NCBI GenBank assembly: GCA_950097015.1
Contig: CATNEN010000003.1
Location: 1,674,001-1,738,000 of the forward strand
Source: Macrostomum hystrix
Taxonomy: Eukaryota; Animalia; Platyhelminthes
Length of the DNA stretch: 64,000 nucleotides
Direction: 5' to 3'
Shown piece by piece: positions 24,917 through 40,823 of the stretch (position 1 is the first letter of the stretch; each line of letters starts with the position of its first letter). Below the pieces are notes generated by a model. That model searched no databases. It was not told the DNA's origin and worked only from the letters and a program-made list of their open reading frames with translations. Both the position numbers and the translations under genes were made by a program.

Positions 24917-26589
24917 TTAACGCAGATTCAGTTCCCAGATGTCGCCGCTGCCATCTTCGGAGTCCAGCTGCAGCAGCAGTCCCCGCCTCTGCAGCTGGCT
25001 CCTCAACAACTCGATGGCCTCTCTAGGTGCTGCGCCAGACACGCGTCCATGAATGCGCAGAGTTCGCCTATGCCCTCCTCGATGTTTGGACCGCATTGGC
25101 ACCACTGTCGCTGTTGCCAGCCATCGAGCTAGCCAACGAATGCGACATTCTGGCACGTCGCCTAGCTGCAGTTGAACCTGCTGCAGGCCGTCCGGAGCTC
25201 CCAGAGCAGCCTGCATCAGCAGGGCCACGTGAGAGGCATCGTCGGGAGCGGAGGCGTTGCAGTCTACCGCGGCGCCGAGACTGCCGCATTCAAGTTGGAA
25301 ACTAGTCAGACGCTCGCACGTGAGCAGAAGAAGGCAGGACTGAAAACAATTCACACGGTGCTTGTTCAAGATACTGCAGCGGTTAAAGCATTGTCCGTAA
25401 TTCCGATACTTTCTTGTTCTCTCTCACCTGCTGCAGACAGTCTCCCTGAATCAGTTCATCAGTCACTGAAACGCTCAGTTCGGCGAGCCGCTGAAATCGA
25501 GGACTGTCGAGCAACTCGGCGACATAGGCAATCGCAGCAGCTGCTTCGGCGTCAGAGCCGGGACTCGTCAGGCTTTGAAATCGAAGCCGCAGCGAGCAAA
25601 GTTTCGGCAGCATCGGAGTCTGGTGCGACTTCGAGGACGTCACTTGCGGCTCCAGGATATCGAGAATTCGTGCAGCAACCGAGGACTGACGAATGCGAGG
25701 GCTGATTTTAGACTGAAATAAACATGGTTTTTAATTGTTGCTCAGGATCAGGTCGGCCAACTGAACTGGCAAAACAAAGAACAAACTATTAAACGAACAA
25801 GAAGTCCGTTTTATTACCTCTTGCCTATTGTTTCCAACCGCACAACAGAACCCGTCCAGCTGTAGGTCGAATTCTCTAAGACACCCTCGCCAGTCACAGT
25901 TGGCTAACAAGCTCGACAAACTGTTCAGATTGTCCGCAGTCAATGGCAGCGGTGTCTTGCAGCTGCCACCCAAGCCAAAGCAGCGAATATTTGGTAGGCG
26001 AGTTAGGCTTCTACAGACCGTGCTGAATCCATTGTTGTTCAGATACGGCAGCCAGTGGCCAGATAACCGGAGTCGATTAATTTTCTTGGCATTACGATCG
26101 ATTGCTCGACTCAAAGCAGCAACAATAGCGGCTGAAGTGGATGGCTGAGACGGACATTGGAGGTGCAGCTCTTTGAATGTGCGGACACTGTTGCCTAGAG
26201 TGTGAATGGCCGAGTCGATAGCTGACAATGCTTGAGTTGGTTTGGAGCAGAGTTGCACCGTCAAACAGTCGAGCGAATCTAGGCAACCGTCTGTTTGCCA
26301 CGGCTCCAATGCTGATGGGAGTTCTGTCAATGCACCGACCGCGCAACTCTTGACGAGTTGATCGCAGTCAACCTGACAGTCTGATGAAGCTTTGCCACCA
26401 TCATCATCAGCCTCCACGAATTCAAGTCGATATTGCAGCTCTTCAAAGTCCAGATAAAGACTGCGCAATCGACAGTGCTTAGATGATTGCATCTCGCACA
26501 GCTGCTGATGCTGCTGCTGCTGCTGCTGCTGGTGCTGCTGATGCTGCTGGTGCTGCTGATGCTGCTGCTGCTGCTGCTGGTGCTGCTGA

Positions 26590-26620
<31 letters not shown>

Positions 26621-28422
26621 GTTTTTGGTGCTCAGTGGTATTGGCGTCAAACTTGACAGGGTTAATCAAACCACCAAGCCAATGCCCAAGTTGCTGCTGC
26701 TGCAGTCGAAAACTACGCTGGTTGGCCAGTCGAGTCCAAAGCCGCATGCAACGTTTGCGCTCAACTTCGCTGTAAGACTCCAGCCTCTTCACAGACTCAA
26801 GCAGCCAGTAGTCTGCAGTTCCGGCCAACAGTTCGATGACATCGCTCAGAACAATTCGTGCAGTTGCCATCGAACCAACTGCATCCGCATTTTCGTCTTC
26901 GTCTGAGCTGCGACTTTCGCAAACAACCGCGCGTCGCCAAACATCAGCGAGGCTGACGATGGCCGCGTCGGCCGGAGCCTCGTTGCCGAGCTGGGCTTCA
27001 TATGCGGCCTCCAGGCAGCGTAGGCAGAGCCGCTTGGCGGTGAGGAATGCGGCTAGACGGGCACCGCTGGCCACGAGGTTCGCGTCGGCGAAGTTGGCCG
27101 CAGCTTCGGCAGCGCAGACAACCACGTCAACATCGTCGCACTGTACGGCTTCAGCGGCGGCAGCTGCCGCGGTAGGCGCTTCGGCGAATAGGCAGTGAAA
27201 CAGGCGATCGTAGAGGTGAGTGGCCGACGTTGGAGCCTGCGAAATCAATGTTAACTATTTCTAATGCGCTTTAAGGATACAATTTAATGGAGTAAAATTA
27301 CACACATAAGAGACTTTGAGTGTTTACTATCGAACAATCAATTGATCAATATTTTACCTGTCCAGACACAAATCTCGCAGGATCCAGATGATAAAGCGTC
27401 ACTAGTAATGCCAGATTAGCCGGTCGGCTCAGGTATCCAGCCTCCCAATTCGAGCAACGCAGGACGTCTTCGACAGCTGTTAGAAAGTGTTGCTGTAGCT
27501 CAATTTCGCTGCTTGGCAGAGAAGAACCCGATGCCCGATCGATGTAGCGACGCATCTGGACGTTGGTCCACGGCAGTAAATGACAGACTCTGTCAGGTGA
27601 GACAGGTAATTGACTGGCGCATCTCGCGAAAGCGATAACACCTGGTCGCCAGGAGCCGGTGAAGCATAAGCTGGCCCAGTTGGTTGGCAGCGACACCGAG
27701 TCCGCACAGTCGACAACCGCCAGAACCCGAGCCGGGTTGCGCAAAGCCCAGTCGACTGTTGCCGCAGTGTCCTCCTTCTCATCAACGTAATCTGCAGTTT
27801 CATTTTCAACTCCATCATGGTCTTCACTTACATCACCATCATCAGCATTATCATCGTCAAGACAGGAGCTGGCGTCTGGTAGGTGCAGAAGGCGCGCCAG
27901 TACGATGCTGACGCTGTCGCACTGGTTCTGATGCTCTGATGCTCCGATAGCGGAGGCACAGTCGAGATAGATTGCTAGATCGAAACTGTCAGTCAAGCTG
28001 GCGATGGTGGCGTCAAAATTGACGTCATCTTTAGCGTCGCGGCTGCTGCTCGATAAGCCGCCTTCGTTCAAACTACTCTTTGATAGCAAGGCCGAGTGTC
28101 TGTGCAGTAGGCGAGCCGCCAAATGAGATTTGCCACTCCCAGCCTGACCGACAATGAGACACGGCTGTCTACCAGGCGATGGCCTGCATGGCAGAGGGTC
28201 CAGCCGAGCTGATAGAATTACATTCGTCAGGCCCGGCTTGCCATCAAACGCAACGCCGGGCGAAGCTTCAAATCGGTTGACAGATAGAACGGCGAGGCGC
28301 CTTCGATAATGACGCAGGAAACGAACAACCCGTGGAGGTAGTTGAGCAGTGTTCTCAAACGATTGCCTTGGAGACAGGCCTCCATTTGTAGCGTTGTTAC
28401 TAAGGCACTGTCGAAGACTCAT
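24917..28422 (-). CDS. NACHT/STAND P-loop NTPase with poly-Q/H tract and LRR-like C-terminus (NLR-like)
   Basis: Exons 28422(ATG)-27358, 27236-25818, 25712-25428, 25339-24917, all phase 0 GT-AG. Walker A CLIVGQAGSGKSHLA; Walker-B-like RVLAVVDCADS; NACHT-like LLPWTNVQMRRYI and PANLALLV; leucine-repeat segments FKELHL, INRLRLSG, LPNIRCFGLG, LREFDL, LCSLRLRF. An upstream exon is possible. Confidence 0.7.
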
Positions 28423-28836
28423 TCTAAAATCCAAAGCTTCAGAGAATGTTGAATGGCGTGTGCTTAAAACCAAACAGTTGCCTATAATGTTTGTCCCAGC
28501 CAATTAGAGTTTATACGGAGTATGTCATTGCCATTGGACAGACAAAAGTAGGTATTAATTTAGTATCTAGTTTACTTTTTGCGCATTTAAAAGTCAGTTT
28601 GAAAAAAACTGCGCTTTGCCACTTTAGCACGCGCATTTTCGCAGCAAGTTGTTTCGTAAAAAATTAAAAATGGCACACATTCGCACACTCAAGTGGCCTC
28701 TTCAAATGAGATCTTTACGGGGGGTCAGAGATCTAAGTTGAGTTGGTTATCTCGCAGCTGAATAAAGGTGTGAAATTATTGACGCTGTTTAAAGTACAGC
28801 TTAACTTTAAGTCAGGCTGATAAACCTTGATATATC

Positions 28837-30612
28837 AGAAGACAGAAGACTGACTCTAGAAGACAGAAAACTGACTCTGGAAGACAGAAGGCAGAAGACT
28901 GACCCTAGAAGACAGAGGACTGACTCTAGAAGACAGAAAACTGACTCTGGAAGACAAAGGACTGACTCTAGAAGACAGAGGACTGACTCTAGAAGACAGA
29001 AAACTGACTCTGGAAGACAGAGGACTGACTCTAGAAGACAGAGGACTGACTCTAGAAGACAGAAAACTGACTCTGGAAGACAGAAGGCAGAAGACTGACC
29101 CTAGAAGACAGAGGACTGACTCTAGAAGACAGAAAGCAGAAGACTGACTCTAGTAGACAGAAGACTGCATGACTTTAGAAGACAGAGGACTGACTCTAGA
29201 AGACAGAAAGCAGAAGACTGACTCTAGAAGACAGAAAACTGACTCTGGAAGACAGAATGCAGAAGACTGACCCTAGAAGACAGAAAACTGACTCTGGAAG
29301 ACAGAATGCAGAAGACTGACCCTAGAAGACAGAGGACTGACTCTAGAAGACAGAAAGCAGAAGACTGACTCTAGTAGACAGAAGACTGCATTACTTTAGA
29401 AGACAGAGGACTGACTCTAGAAGACAGAAAGCAGAAGACTGACTCTAGAAGACAGAAAACTGACTCTGGAAGACAGAAGGCAGAAGACTGACCCTAGAAG
29501 ACAGAAAACTGACTCTGGAAGACAGAAGGCAGAAGACTGACCCTAGAAGACAGAAAACTGACTCTAGAAGACAGAAAGCAGAAGACTGACTCTAGAAGAC
29601 AGAAAACTGACTCTGGAAGACAGAAGGCAGAAGACTGACCCTAGAAGACAGAAAACTGACTCTGGAAGACAGAAGGCAGAAGACTGACTCTAGAAGACAG
29701 AAGACTGACTCTAGAAGAGAGAAAACTGACTATTGAAGACAGAATGCAGAAGACTGACTCTAGAAGACAGAAGACTGACTCTAGAAGACAGAATGCAGAA
29801 GACTGACCCTAGAAGACAGAGGACTGACTCTAGAAGACAGAATGCAGAATACTGACTCTTGAAGACAGAGGACTGACTCTAGAAGAGAGAAAACTGACTA
29901 TTGAAGACAGAATGCAGAAGATTGACTCTAGAAGACAGAAGACTGACCCTAGAAGACAGAGGACTGACTCTAGAAAACAGAATGCAGAATACTGACTCTT
30001 GAAGACAGAGGACTGACTCTAGAAGAGAGAAAACTGACTATTGAAGACAGAATGCAGAAGACTGACTCTAGAAGACAGAAGACTGACCCTAGAAGACAGA
30101 GGACTGACTCTAGAAGACAGAAAACTGACTCTAGAAGACAGAATGCAGAAGACTGACCCTAGAAGACAGAGGACTGACTCTAGAAGACAGAATGCAGAAT
30201 ACTGACTCTTGAAGACAGAGGACTGACTCTAGAAGAGAGAAAACTGACTATTGAAGACAGAATGCAGAAGATTGACTCTAGAAGACAGAAGACTGACCCT
30301 AGAAGACAGAGGACTGACTCTAGAAAACAGAATGCAGAATACTGACTCTTGAAGACAGAGGACTGACTCTAGAAGAGAGAAAACTGACTATTGAAGACAG
30401 AATGCAGAAGACTGACTCTAGAAGACAGAAGACTGACCCTAGAAGACAGAGGACTGACTCTAGAAGACAGAATGCAGAAGACTGACCCTAGAAGACAGAG
30501 GACTGACTCTAGAAGACAGAATGCAGAATACTGACTCTTGAAGACAGAGGACTGACTCTAGAAGACAGAAGACTGACTCTAGTAGACAGAAGACTGACTG
30601 TAGAAGACAGAA
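28837..30612. repeat. Composite 21/28-bp minisatellite (AGAAGACAGAAGACTGACTCT, with or without GCAGAAG)
   Basis: Visible tandem units built from ~7-bp sub-modules. Confidence 0.93.
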
Positions 30613-31714
30613 GAAATTAATGAGACACAAATGAAATGTAAAAAGAAGCCATGTATTCTGCATATTTCAGTAAAACTAGTGTGAAAAGCTCACACCATTT
30701 CTACTGAGTGCAGGCAAGTCAATTTCCGACCAACTCTGATTGTTCGAGTATAAAAAGCAATTAAGTTGTAAAGCAAACATTTTATTGCTGAGCAGTGTCA
30801 GTGTGCCGAGTTGACGGCCAATTCTATATGCTACTCAATAATAAACTTTGAGCACAAAGATGGCTTTCCGGTCGTGCTTAAGACGTTGAGTAAAATGCCA
30901 TTTTGTTTGCAGTGAAACTATAATGACATAGCTTGGAATATAGCCAAACTACACACGTTAGTTACAATACACATTAATTTTAATAATTTAATGTCGTCTG
31001 CGATCACAGCACATTACAGTATCTGTGTATGGTCCTCGCTGTCTGTTGTTCTACTGTCACCAAGTGATGTGCAATTTGCTTTTGACTAATATAGATTTAT
31101 ACGGTTGAAAAAATAAATGAATCTATAAATCCTATAAATTATATAAAAACAGAAATTTCGCATATAACAGAAGCAAAAAGACACACAGCAATACACAAAG
31201 TCCAAAAGTATGGACACGTTGTTAAAATTAAATACGGCTTTATTTGTTTATGTTTGTTTCTTTAAAACCAACTATTTATTACAAAAGCAACTAATAGAGA
31301 TGACAGAAAAGACACAAGCAATAAATGATAGTACTCCTAGTTGATGCTTGTTTTATAGATATCCAATTCAAGTACACAGTTTATGGTGTTAGATAACAGA
31401 TTGCAAAATCCTCCATTTACTACTAATTAGTAATAATACGCATAAAGTAGTATTGGGTACAAGTTACAGTATGTTGAAAGCGCTAAAACGTCTTTTAGTT
31501 CGTTAGAAGTACTTTTATTTTAGTAGGCAAATATTTTTTCTTGAAAAAAATTCAAACAAACACAAAAGTTACACTTTATACAGATAAAAACAAATTATAT
31601 ATGCATTTTTGTGAAACTACAAATAAATCATTTGCACCCCTGAAGTGACTACTACCGTGATGCAAGTAGTCAGCGAAAAAAAAATTACAAAATATTAAGG
31701 TGCGATTCCGTTAG

Positions 31715-32800
31715 AGGATCTATGAACTGTTATCCAATCTGAGGATCTGGGAATTGTGGTGATCCAATCTGAGGATCTATGAACTGTTATCCAATCTGAG
31801 GATCTGGGAATTGTGGTGATCCAATCTGAGGATCTGGGAATTGTGCTGATCCAATCTGAGGATCTATGAACTGTTATCCAATCTGAGGATCTGGGAATTG
31901 TGGTGACCCAATCTGAGGATCTGGGAGTGTAGTGATCCAATCTGAGGATCTGGGAATTGTGCTGATCCAATCTGAGGATCTGGGAATTGTGGTGATCCAG
32001 TCTGAGGATCTGGGAATTGTGGTGATCCAATCTGAGGATCTGGGAGTTGTGGTGATCCAATCTGAGGATCCGGGAGTTGTGGTGACAGAATCTGAAGATC
32101 TGGGAATTGTGGTGACCCAATCTGAAGATCTGGGAGTTGTGGTGATCCAATCTGAGGATCTGGGAATTGTGGTGATCCAGTCTGAGGATCTGGGAATTGT
32201 GGTGATCCAATCTGAGGATCTGGGAGTTGTGGTGATCCAATCTGAGGATCCGGGAGTTGTGGTGACAGAATCTGAAGATCTGGGAATTGTGGTGACCCAA
32301 TCTGAAGATCTGGGAGTTGTGGTGATCCAATCTGAGGACCTGGGCATTGTGGTGATCCAATCTGAGGATCTGGGAATTGTGGTGATCCAATCTGAGGATC
32401 TGGGAATTGTGGTGACCCGATCTAAGGATCCGGGAGTTGTGGTGACAGAATCTGAAGATCTGGGAATTGTGGTGACCCAATCTGAAGATCTGGGAGTTGT
32501 GGTGATCCAATCTGAGGATCTAGGAATTGTGGTGAATTAATCTGAAGATCTGGGAGTGTGGTGATCCAATCTGAGGATCTGGGAGTTGTGGTGATCCAAT
32601 CTGAGGATCCGGGAGTTGTGGTGACAGAATCTGAAGATCTGGGAATTGTGGTGACCCAATCTGAAGATCTGGGAGTTGTGGTGATCCAATCTGAGGACCT
32701 GGGCATTGTGGTGATCCAATCTGAGGATCTGGGAATTGTGGTGACCCAATCTAAGGATCTGGGAATTGTGGTGACCCAATCTAAGGATCTGGGCATTGTG
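31715..32800. repeat. 30-bp minisatellite (ATCCAATCTGAGGATCTGGGAATTGTGGTG)n
   Basis: Tandem units. Confidence 0.95.
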
Positions 32801-33124
32801 TTAATTACAGGATACTAAGGTAAAACTATGAAAATTAAATTGTGAGCAACAAAAACTAATTGCTATAAATTAAACACAGTAAATTATGAAATTTTCCTTT
32901 AGTTAAAAATATTAAAAGCAAACACGTACTAGTGCATTAGGAAATTTAAGTAAGTAGTTATTTATTATCAGAACAGATCATAAGTACACAGATACAACTT
33001 AAGCCAAACTAATATGAGTCTGAAATATACAATGTAACGCGTACACAAAAAACAGGGGCAGCTTACAAAAGAGAATATTTTTCCTGCAATGGTGACACGC
33101 CTGAGGATCAGGGAAGAATAAAAA

Positions 33125-34350
33125 ACTTGAGGATCTGGGAACAATAACAACTTGGGGATCTAGGAACAATGACAACTTGAGGATCTGAGAACAATAACAA
33201 CTTGGGGATCTAGGAACAATGACAACTTGAGGATCTGAGAACAATGACAACTTGAGGATCTGGGAACAATGACAACTTGAGGATCTGGGAACAATGACAA
33301 CTTGAGGATCTGGGAACAATGACAACTTGAGGATCTGGGAACAATGACAACTTGGGGATCTGAGAACAATGAGAACTTGAGGATCTGAGAACAATGACAA
33401 CTTGAGGATCTGAGAACAATGACAACTTGAGGATCTGAGAACAATGACAACTTGAGGATCTGAGAACAATGACAACTTGAAGATCTGAGAACAATGACAA
33501 CTTGGGGATCTGGGAACAATGACAACTTGAAGATCTGGGAACAATGACAACTTGGGGATCTGAGAACAATGACAACTTGAAGATCTGGGAACAATGACAA
33601 CTTGGGGATCTAGGAACAATGACAACTTGAGGATCTGAGAACAATGACAACTTGGGGATCTAGGAACAATGACAACTTGGGGATCTAGGAACAATGACAA
33701 CTTGAGGATCTGAGAACAATGACAACTTGGGGATCTAGGAACAATGACAACTTGGGGATCTAGGAACAATGACAACTTGAAGATCTGGGAACAATGACAA
33801 CTTGAGGATCTGGGAACAATGACAACTTGAAGATCTGGGAACAATGACAACTTGGGGATCTAGGAACAATGACAACTTGAGGATCTGAGAACAATGACAA
33901 CTTGGGGATCTAGGAACAATGACAACTTGGGGATCTAGGAACAATGACAACTTGAGGATCTGAGAACAATAACAACTTGGGGATCTAGGAACAATGACAA
34001 CTTGAGGATCTGAGAACAATGACAACTTGAGGATCTGGGAACAATGACAACTTGGGGATCTGAGAACAATGACAACTTGAGGATCTGGGAACAATGACAA
34101 CTTTAGGATCTGGGAACAATGACAACTTGAGGATCTGAGAACAATGACAACTTGAGGATCTGGGAAAAATGACAACTTGAGGATCTGAGAACAATGACAA
34201 CTTGAGGATCTGGGAACAATGACAACTTGGGAATCTGGGAACAATGACAACTTGAGGATCTGGGAACAATGACAACTTGAGGATCTGGGAACAATGACAA
34301 CTTGGGGATCTGTGAAGAATGACAACTTGGGGATCTGTGAAGAATGACAA
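33125..34350. repeat. 25-bp minisatellite (ACAATGACAACTTGAGGATCTGGGA)n
   Basis: Tandem units; shares the TGAGGATCTGGGA core with the neighbouring 30-bp array. Confidence 0.95.
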
Positions 34351-34592
34351 TCTTTGGATTAAGGAAATCCAACGAATTTAGGCGACACTATTAATCTGAA
34401 GTTTCGTCATGAGCGTTTTTAAACTTCAGAATGAGGCAGTCGAGATTGAAGATTGCCACAAACGCACTCCAAAAAAAGCAGCTAATAGACAATAAGAGAC
34501 AGTGAAAAAAACTGACTTTGCATTTAAACAAACAAACGAAAGAAACACAAATTTAATTTTCGTTTCAGAAAACTCGACCATTTTTTATTCTC

Positions 34593-37177
<2,585 letters not shown>

Positions 37178-39059
37178 GGTTACTTCTTTGCTTATTCTTA
37201 ACTTTTATACTTGAAAGTTTGTTGCAGCTTTTGGTAGTTGGAATAAATCTATTAAGTTTCAGTTCTAGATGAAATTATCAATGAGAACTCTATTGTTTGA
37301 TGAAGTCTTGATGTTATGGCTTAAAAAGTATTTATTACTATCCCTTGTAGCTATTCTGAAAAAGAAAAAATTCAATGGCTCAGAAATAATATACAGATAT
37401 AAAAAAATTGTTGCTAAAGTTTTTTTCAATTTTCTTTATCATTCTTAGGCCTAATTAATTGGGAACCTAGCCGCATTGCACAGATGAAGCAGTTAGTCCC
37501 GAAGATTTAATTAGCTGTGTAGATCTCGATAGAGCAGTTAAAAAGCTAAAGAGAAGAAAGGCTGCAGGAATAGGCCTAGATGGTATAACAAATGAGCACA
37601 AAACTAACAAATGAACAAAAATATATATAAAGGAAAAAAATCAGCACCCATAGATGGCGTGCACGTTTTAATAATAATAATAATATAATAATAGAAAACA
37701 AAACAATCAACGCTATTTACTAGAAAGTTTATAAAAAATTTTTGTTGAACAAAAAATAGCAGCTTTTTTCTAATGCCTACTTCTATTCTATAGGCTTCTA
37801 TCTAAAGTTAACAATTAAATAATTTAGAAAAATATATTTAAATTCAGCCTAAGCCTAACTCAGTCTTTGTTAAGGTAAAATTGTGAAAATAATTTTTGTT
37901 AAATTAAAAAATTAGACCTCGGCATTTTGTCTTGAAGGCTGGCGACTAATAATATTATGGCTTAGCTAGTCCTAGGAATAATTGTTTGCCCTCCTTAAAC
38001 CTCCATAGTAAAGTTGTACTGATGAACAGTTAGCTAATAGCTAAATTTTACATTTAAAGGGGCCCAAAATTAAAAACTTTATTGAATTTGCAACTGAAAT
38101 AGTAATAGGCCTGCAACTTTGCAAGGCTCTAGCCTATAGCCAAAAATACTCAACATTATACATGATTCTAGATTTCTAGTTCCCTACACTCTAGTCTTAG
38201 TCTTATAATAGGCCCTAGTTAAATTTTAATCTAGGCCTAGGGGCTAGGGCCAACCAACACCTGCAGCAGCTTAGCTAGTGAGTAGGCCCTAACTTTCTTT
38301 CAACTAAAGTTAAAAAAACTTCAGTTCAGATTTCTACAGCCCAGGGAAGAGGGAATTCGGTCATTTATATTAGTAGGTCATTATTGCACAGGGGCTACAA
38401 CACTAAAGTCTAAACTGTGGTAGCCTAACTGCAACACTATCTCTTCAGGTTGAGGCATAGGCATTGGTCCGCTAGGGTGCAGCCGCGCATTAGGCCTAGG
38501 CCTACTAGAAGATTGGCGCAGGTTAAAAAAGTTACTTAACTCGGACCATTTTATTATGCTTTCTTGAATTCACACTCAGTGAGTGAAACAACCTCACTTA
38601 ACTTTCCATAGGCCTATCTCACTATACGACACGACACAACGCAAAGATACCTACGATCGTGTTCGACGAGTTGCTGGCTGGCCAGCGAATAATTATTAGT
38701 CTGTTTTAAAATCGCGCAGTTTTTGTTTCGGGATTTGACATTTACAAATTACGACTTACATTTTGCATCGGATTTAATAGAATTATATTTTAAACGAATA
38801 CATGTGCTTGAAGTAAAACGTACAAAAAATGCTTCCAACTACGAAGAATTGCCTATAATCTATTCTAGGGATAGTAAAAAGCTTGATTTTACGCTAGGCC
38901 TAATCACCATCCATCATGATCACACTTGCGCGATGCGATCTGCTCTCTCTCTCGCTGCTAAATCTCTTAAATAGAATAGATGGATAGATAGAGACACGCG
39001 AAAGGAAGTGAGCTCTTGTACACATGCGCTCATGAAACATACGAGAGAGGCAAGCGGCT

Positions 39060-39470
39060 GTGATTTGACACTTAGACCCGGCGGCTGCAAGTCAGCCACA
39101 AACACAGTCTGTCAGCGTCAAAGTTCGTCCTCTCGCATTGGCACCGCGCTTCCGCTGTCGGCTGATGCAGGATCGAGGACCAACGCCGATGGGACTTGGT
39201 AACCGCGGTCCTGAGTCCGCTGGCAGTGGCCCAGTAGCATCTGGCGGCACTGGCGCAGCCGGGTGACGCTTAGACCAGGAACACCCGGCGCGGGCCATCT
39301 GGACGGCTATAAACCTCTCGGGGTAGTGACAACCAGCAGGGCGAAGCGCAACAGGGACCAGGTGCGTGTCCAGGGCATTCTTTCGTGTGTCGATCATATC
39401 GGTCACCGATTTCATATCAGCTCCACGCTGCGCGGAAGATCGAGGAGGCACATTTTTCAGGCCATCCCCT
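39060..39470 (-). mobile_element. Degraded 3' fragment of an RTE-like non-LTR retrotransposon
   Basis: Frameshifted minus-strand peptides (IFRAA.., KNALD..LLRFAL..HYPER, PGLSVTRLRQCRQMLLGHCQR..P) resemble the post-RT C-terminus of the RTE element at 53750-54100. Ends CCGGGTCTAAGTGTCAAAT, like the SINE tails. Confidence 0.55.
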
Positions 39471-39811
39471 CGCAGTCTGAGTTGAAAACGTTCCGAGTCA
39501 ACTCCTGAGTACATCTATGATGCATATTGTTTTTCTGTCCATGCTTATCCTACCGAATTTTCATTCAATATTATAAACTCAATGATGTTTATTGACAATC
39601 ACACTGCAACTACTAATTACTCAAAGTAGTAACTCGACATCATGAGAGATATACGACACCAGCAGAAGAGAGTTGATCGGACGGATGATCGATCGCAAGG
39701 GAGGAGCTGAGAGGAAATTGGGAGAAATTTGAGAGGCAGAGCTAGTTAAGACAGAGACAGTTTTTGTAGACAGTCGAGTGATAACAATAATGGATAATGA
39801 ACAATAATTGA

Positions 39812-39950
39812 TAACACCTGCCCCAATCAAGCCATGCAGAAATGTACAAAGTTGCAGAGTTAAGTGTCTTTATAAAGTACAAAGGTTGTTCCAATAAATT
39901 AAGTCGCGATTCGACCCCAGACCTTTAAGTCGTGAGTCACACGCTCTAAA
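39812..39950 (-). mobile_element. Internally deleted copy of SINE family B
   Basis: ACACCTGCCCCAATCA, GCAGAGTTAAGTGTCTT and AAGTCGTGAGTC match the 61676-61985 copy. Confidence 0.65.
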
Positions 39951-40823
39951 CACTATAGGGTCAATTCTACAATAGGAAAAAAGAATGTATAAAATGTAAT
40001 GTGCTACTAGCTCACTGCCCTGTCAAACGGACATTGTACCTAGCTCGTAGGTATGATATTATATCGGAGAAAACCAACTAATTATAATTACGCTTCTAAA
40101 TTCCGAAATAAAAAATAACTAATTCAAGCCGAATCGAAACATTAGGCTTACGATATAAACTTTTTACCGAAAATTTAATCGCAAAAAAGACGTTTCCTAG
40201 AAAAGTTAACGAAACTTTTTATTAGTTTTTCATTGAAAAAAAATCTGTGAAGATACATATTACTCACTCTACGTATTGCAAGTAGTATGAATAGCGCATT
40301 TAGTTAAGAAAACTATGTTGTTTCACAATAAAATCTGAAAGCTTCTAAACAGACCATTCGTTTAATAATTATCGTTGCAATTGCCTGATCGTATTGCACA
40401 GATTTAAAATGTTTATGTGCGCATCGAAAAAATTGAATCGAAACAAAAAGCCGTTGACAGATATTAACCGCGCTATTCAAAGACTATAAAGCAAAATGTG
40501 CAAAAAAAGACTTTTTAAGTGAAGGGCCTATACACTGGGAGCATATAAAAAGTAGATGAAAAAAAATTCTTTTTAAAAAAGCCGAGTTAAATAAAGTTAT
40601 CACAAAGAGATATGAAGCGATTAAAAAAGACACGATTTAGAATTTAGATTTGTTAAATCTTGTTTTGCAGCTACAAATGTAATAGGCATACACCTAGAAC
40701 AGTTCGTGTCAGATGTACAGCCAGTCGCAATTAATGTAACTATATGTAACCATTAGTGACCATATTTCTCTATACGTTCACGCCTTCTTAGCATCAGCTC
40801 CTAGCTACTGTTAGTAGTCTAAG

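Noticed and set aside
25027-27911. Plus-strand ORFs overlapping the NLR-like gene
   Set aside because: Antisense shadows of GC-rich coding sequence and the CAG tract; splice sites and motifs support the minus strand.
31695-34372. Repeat ORFs (LDHHNSQI, PQVVIVPRSS, IQSEDLG)
   Set aside because: Products of the 30-bp and 25-bp minisatellites.
39060-39514. Structured ncRNA (7SK, RNase P/MRP, telomerase) or the 140-aa ORF as a gene
   Set aside because: No diagnostic ncRNA motifs found; frameshifted RTE-like peptides and a SINE-like tail explain the segment better.
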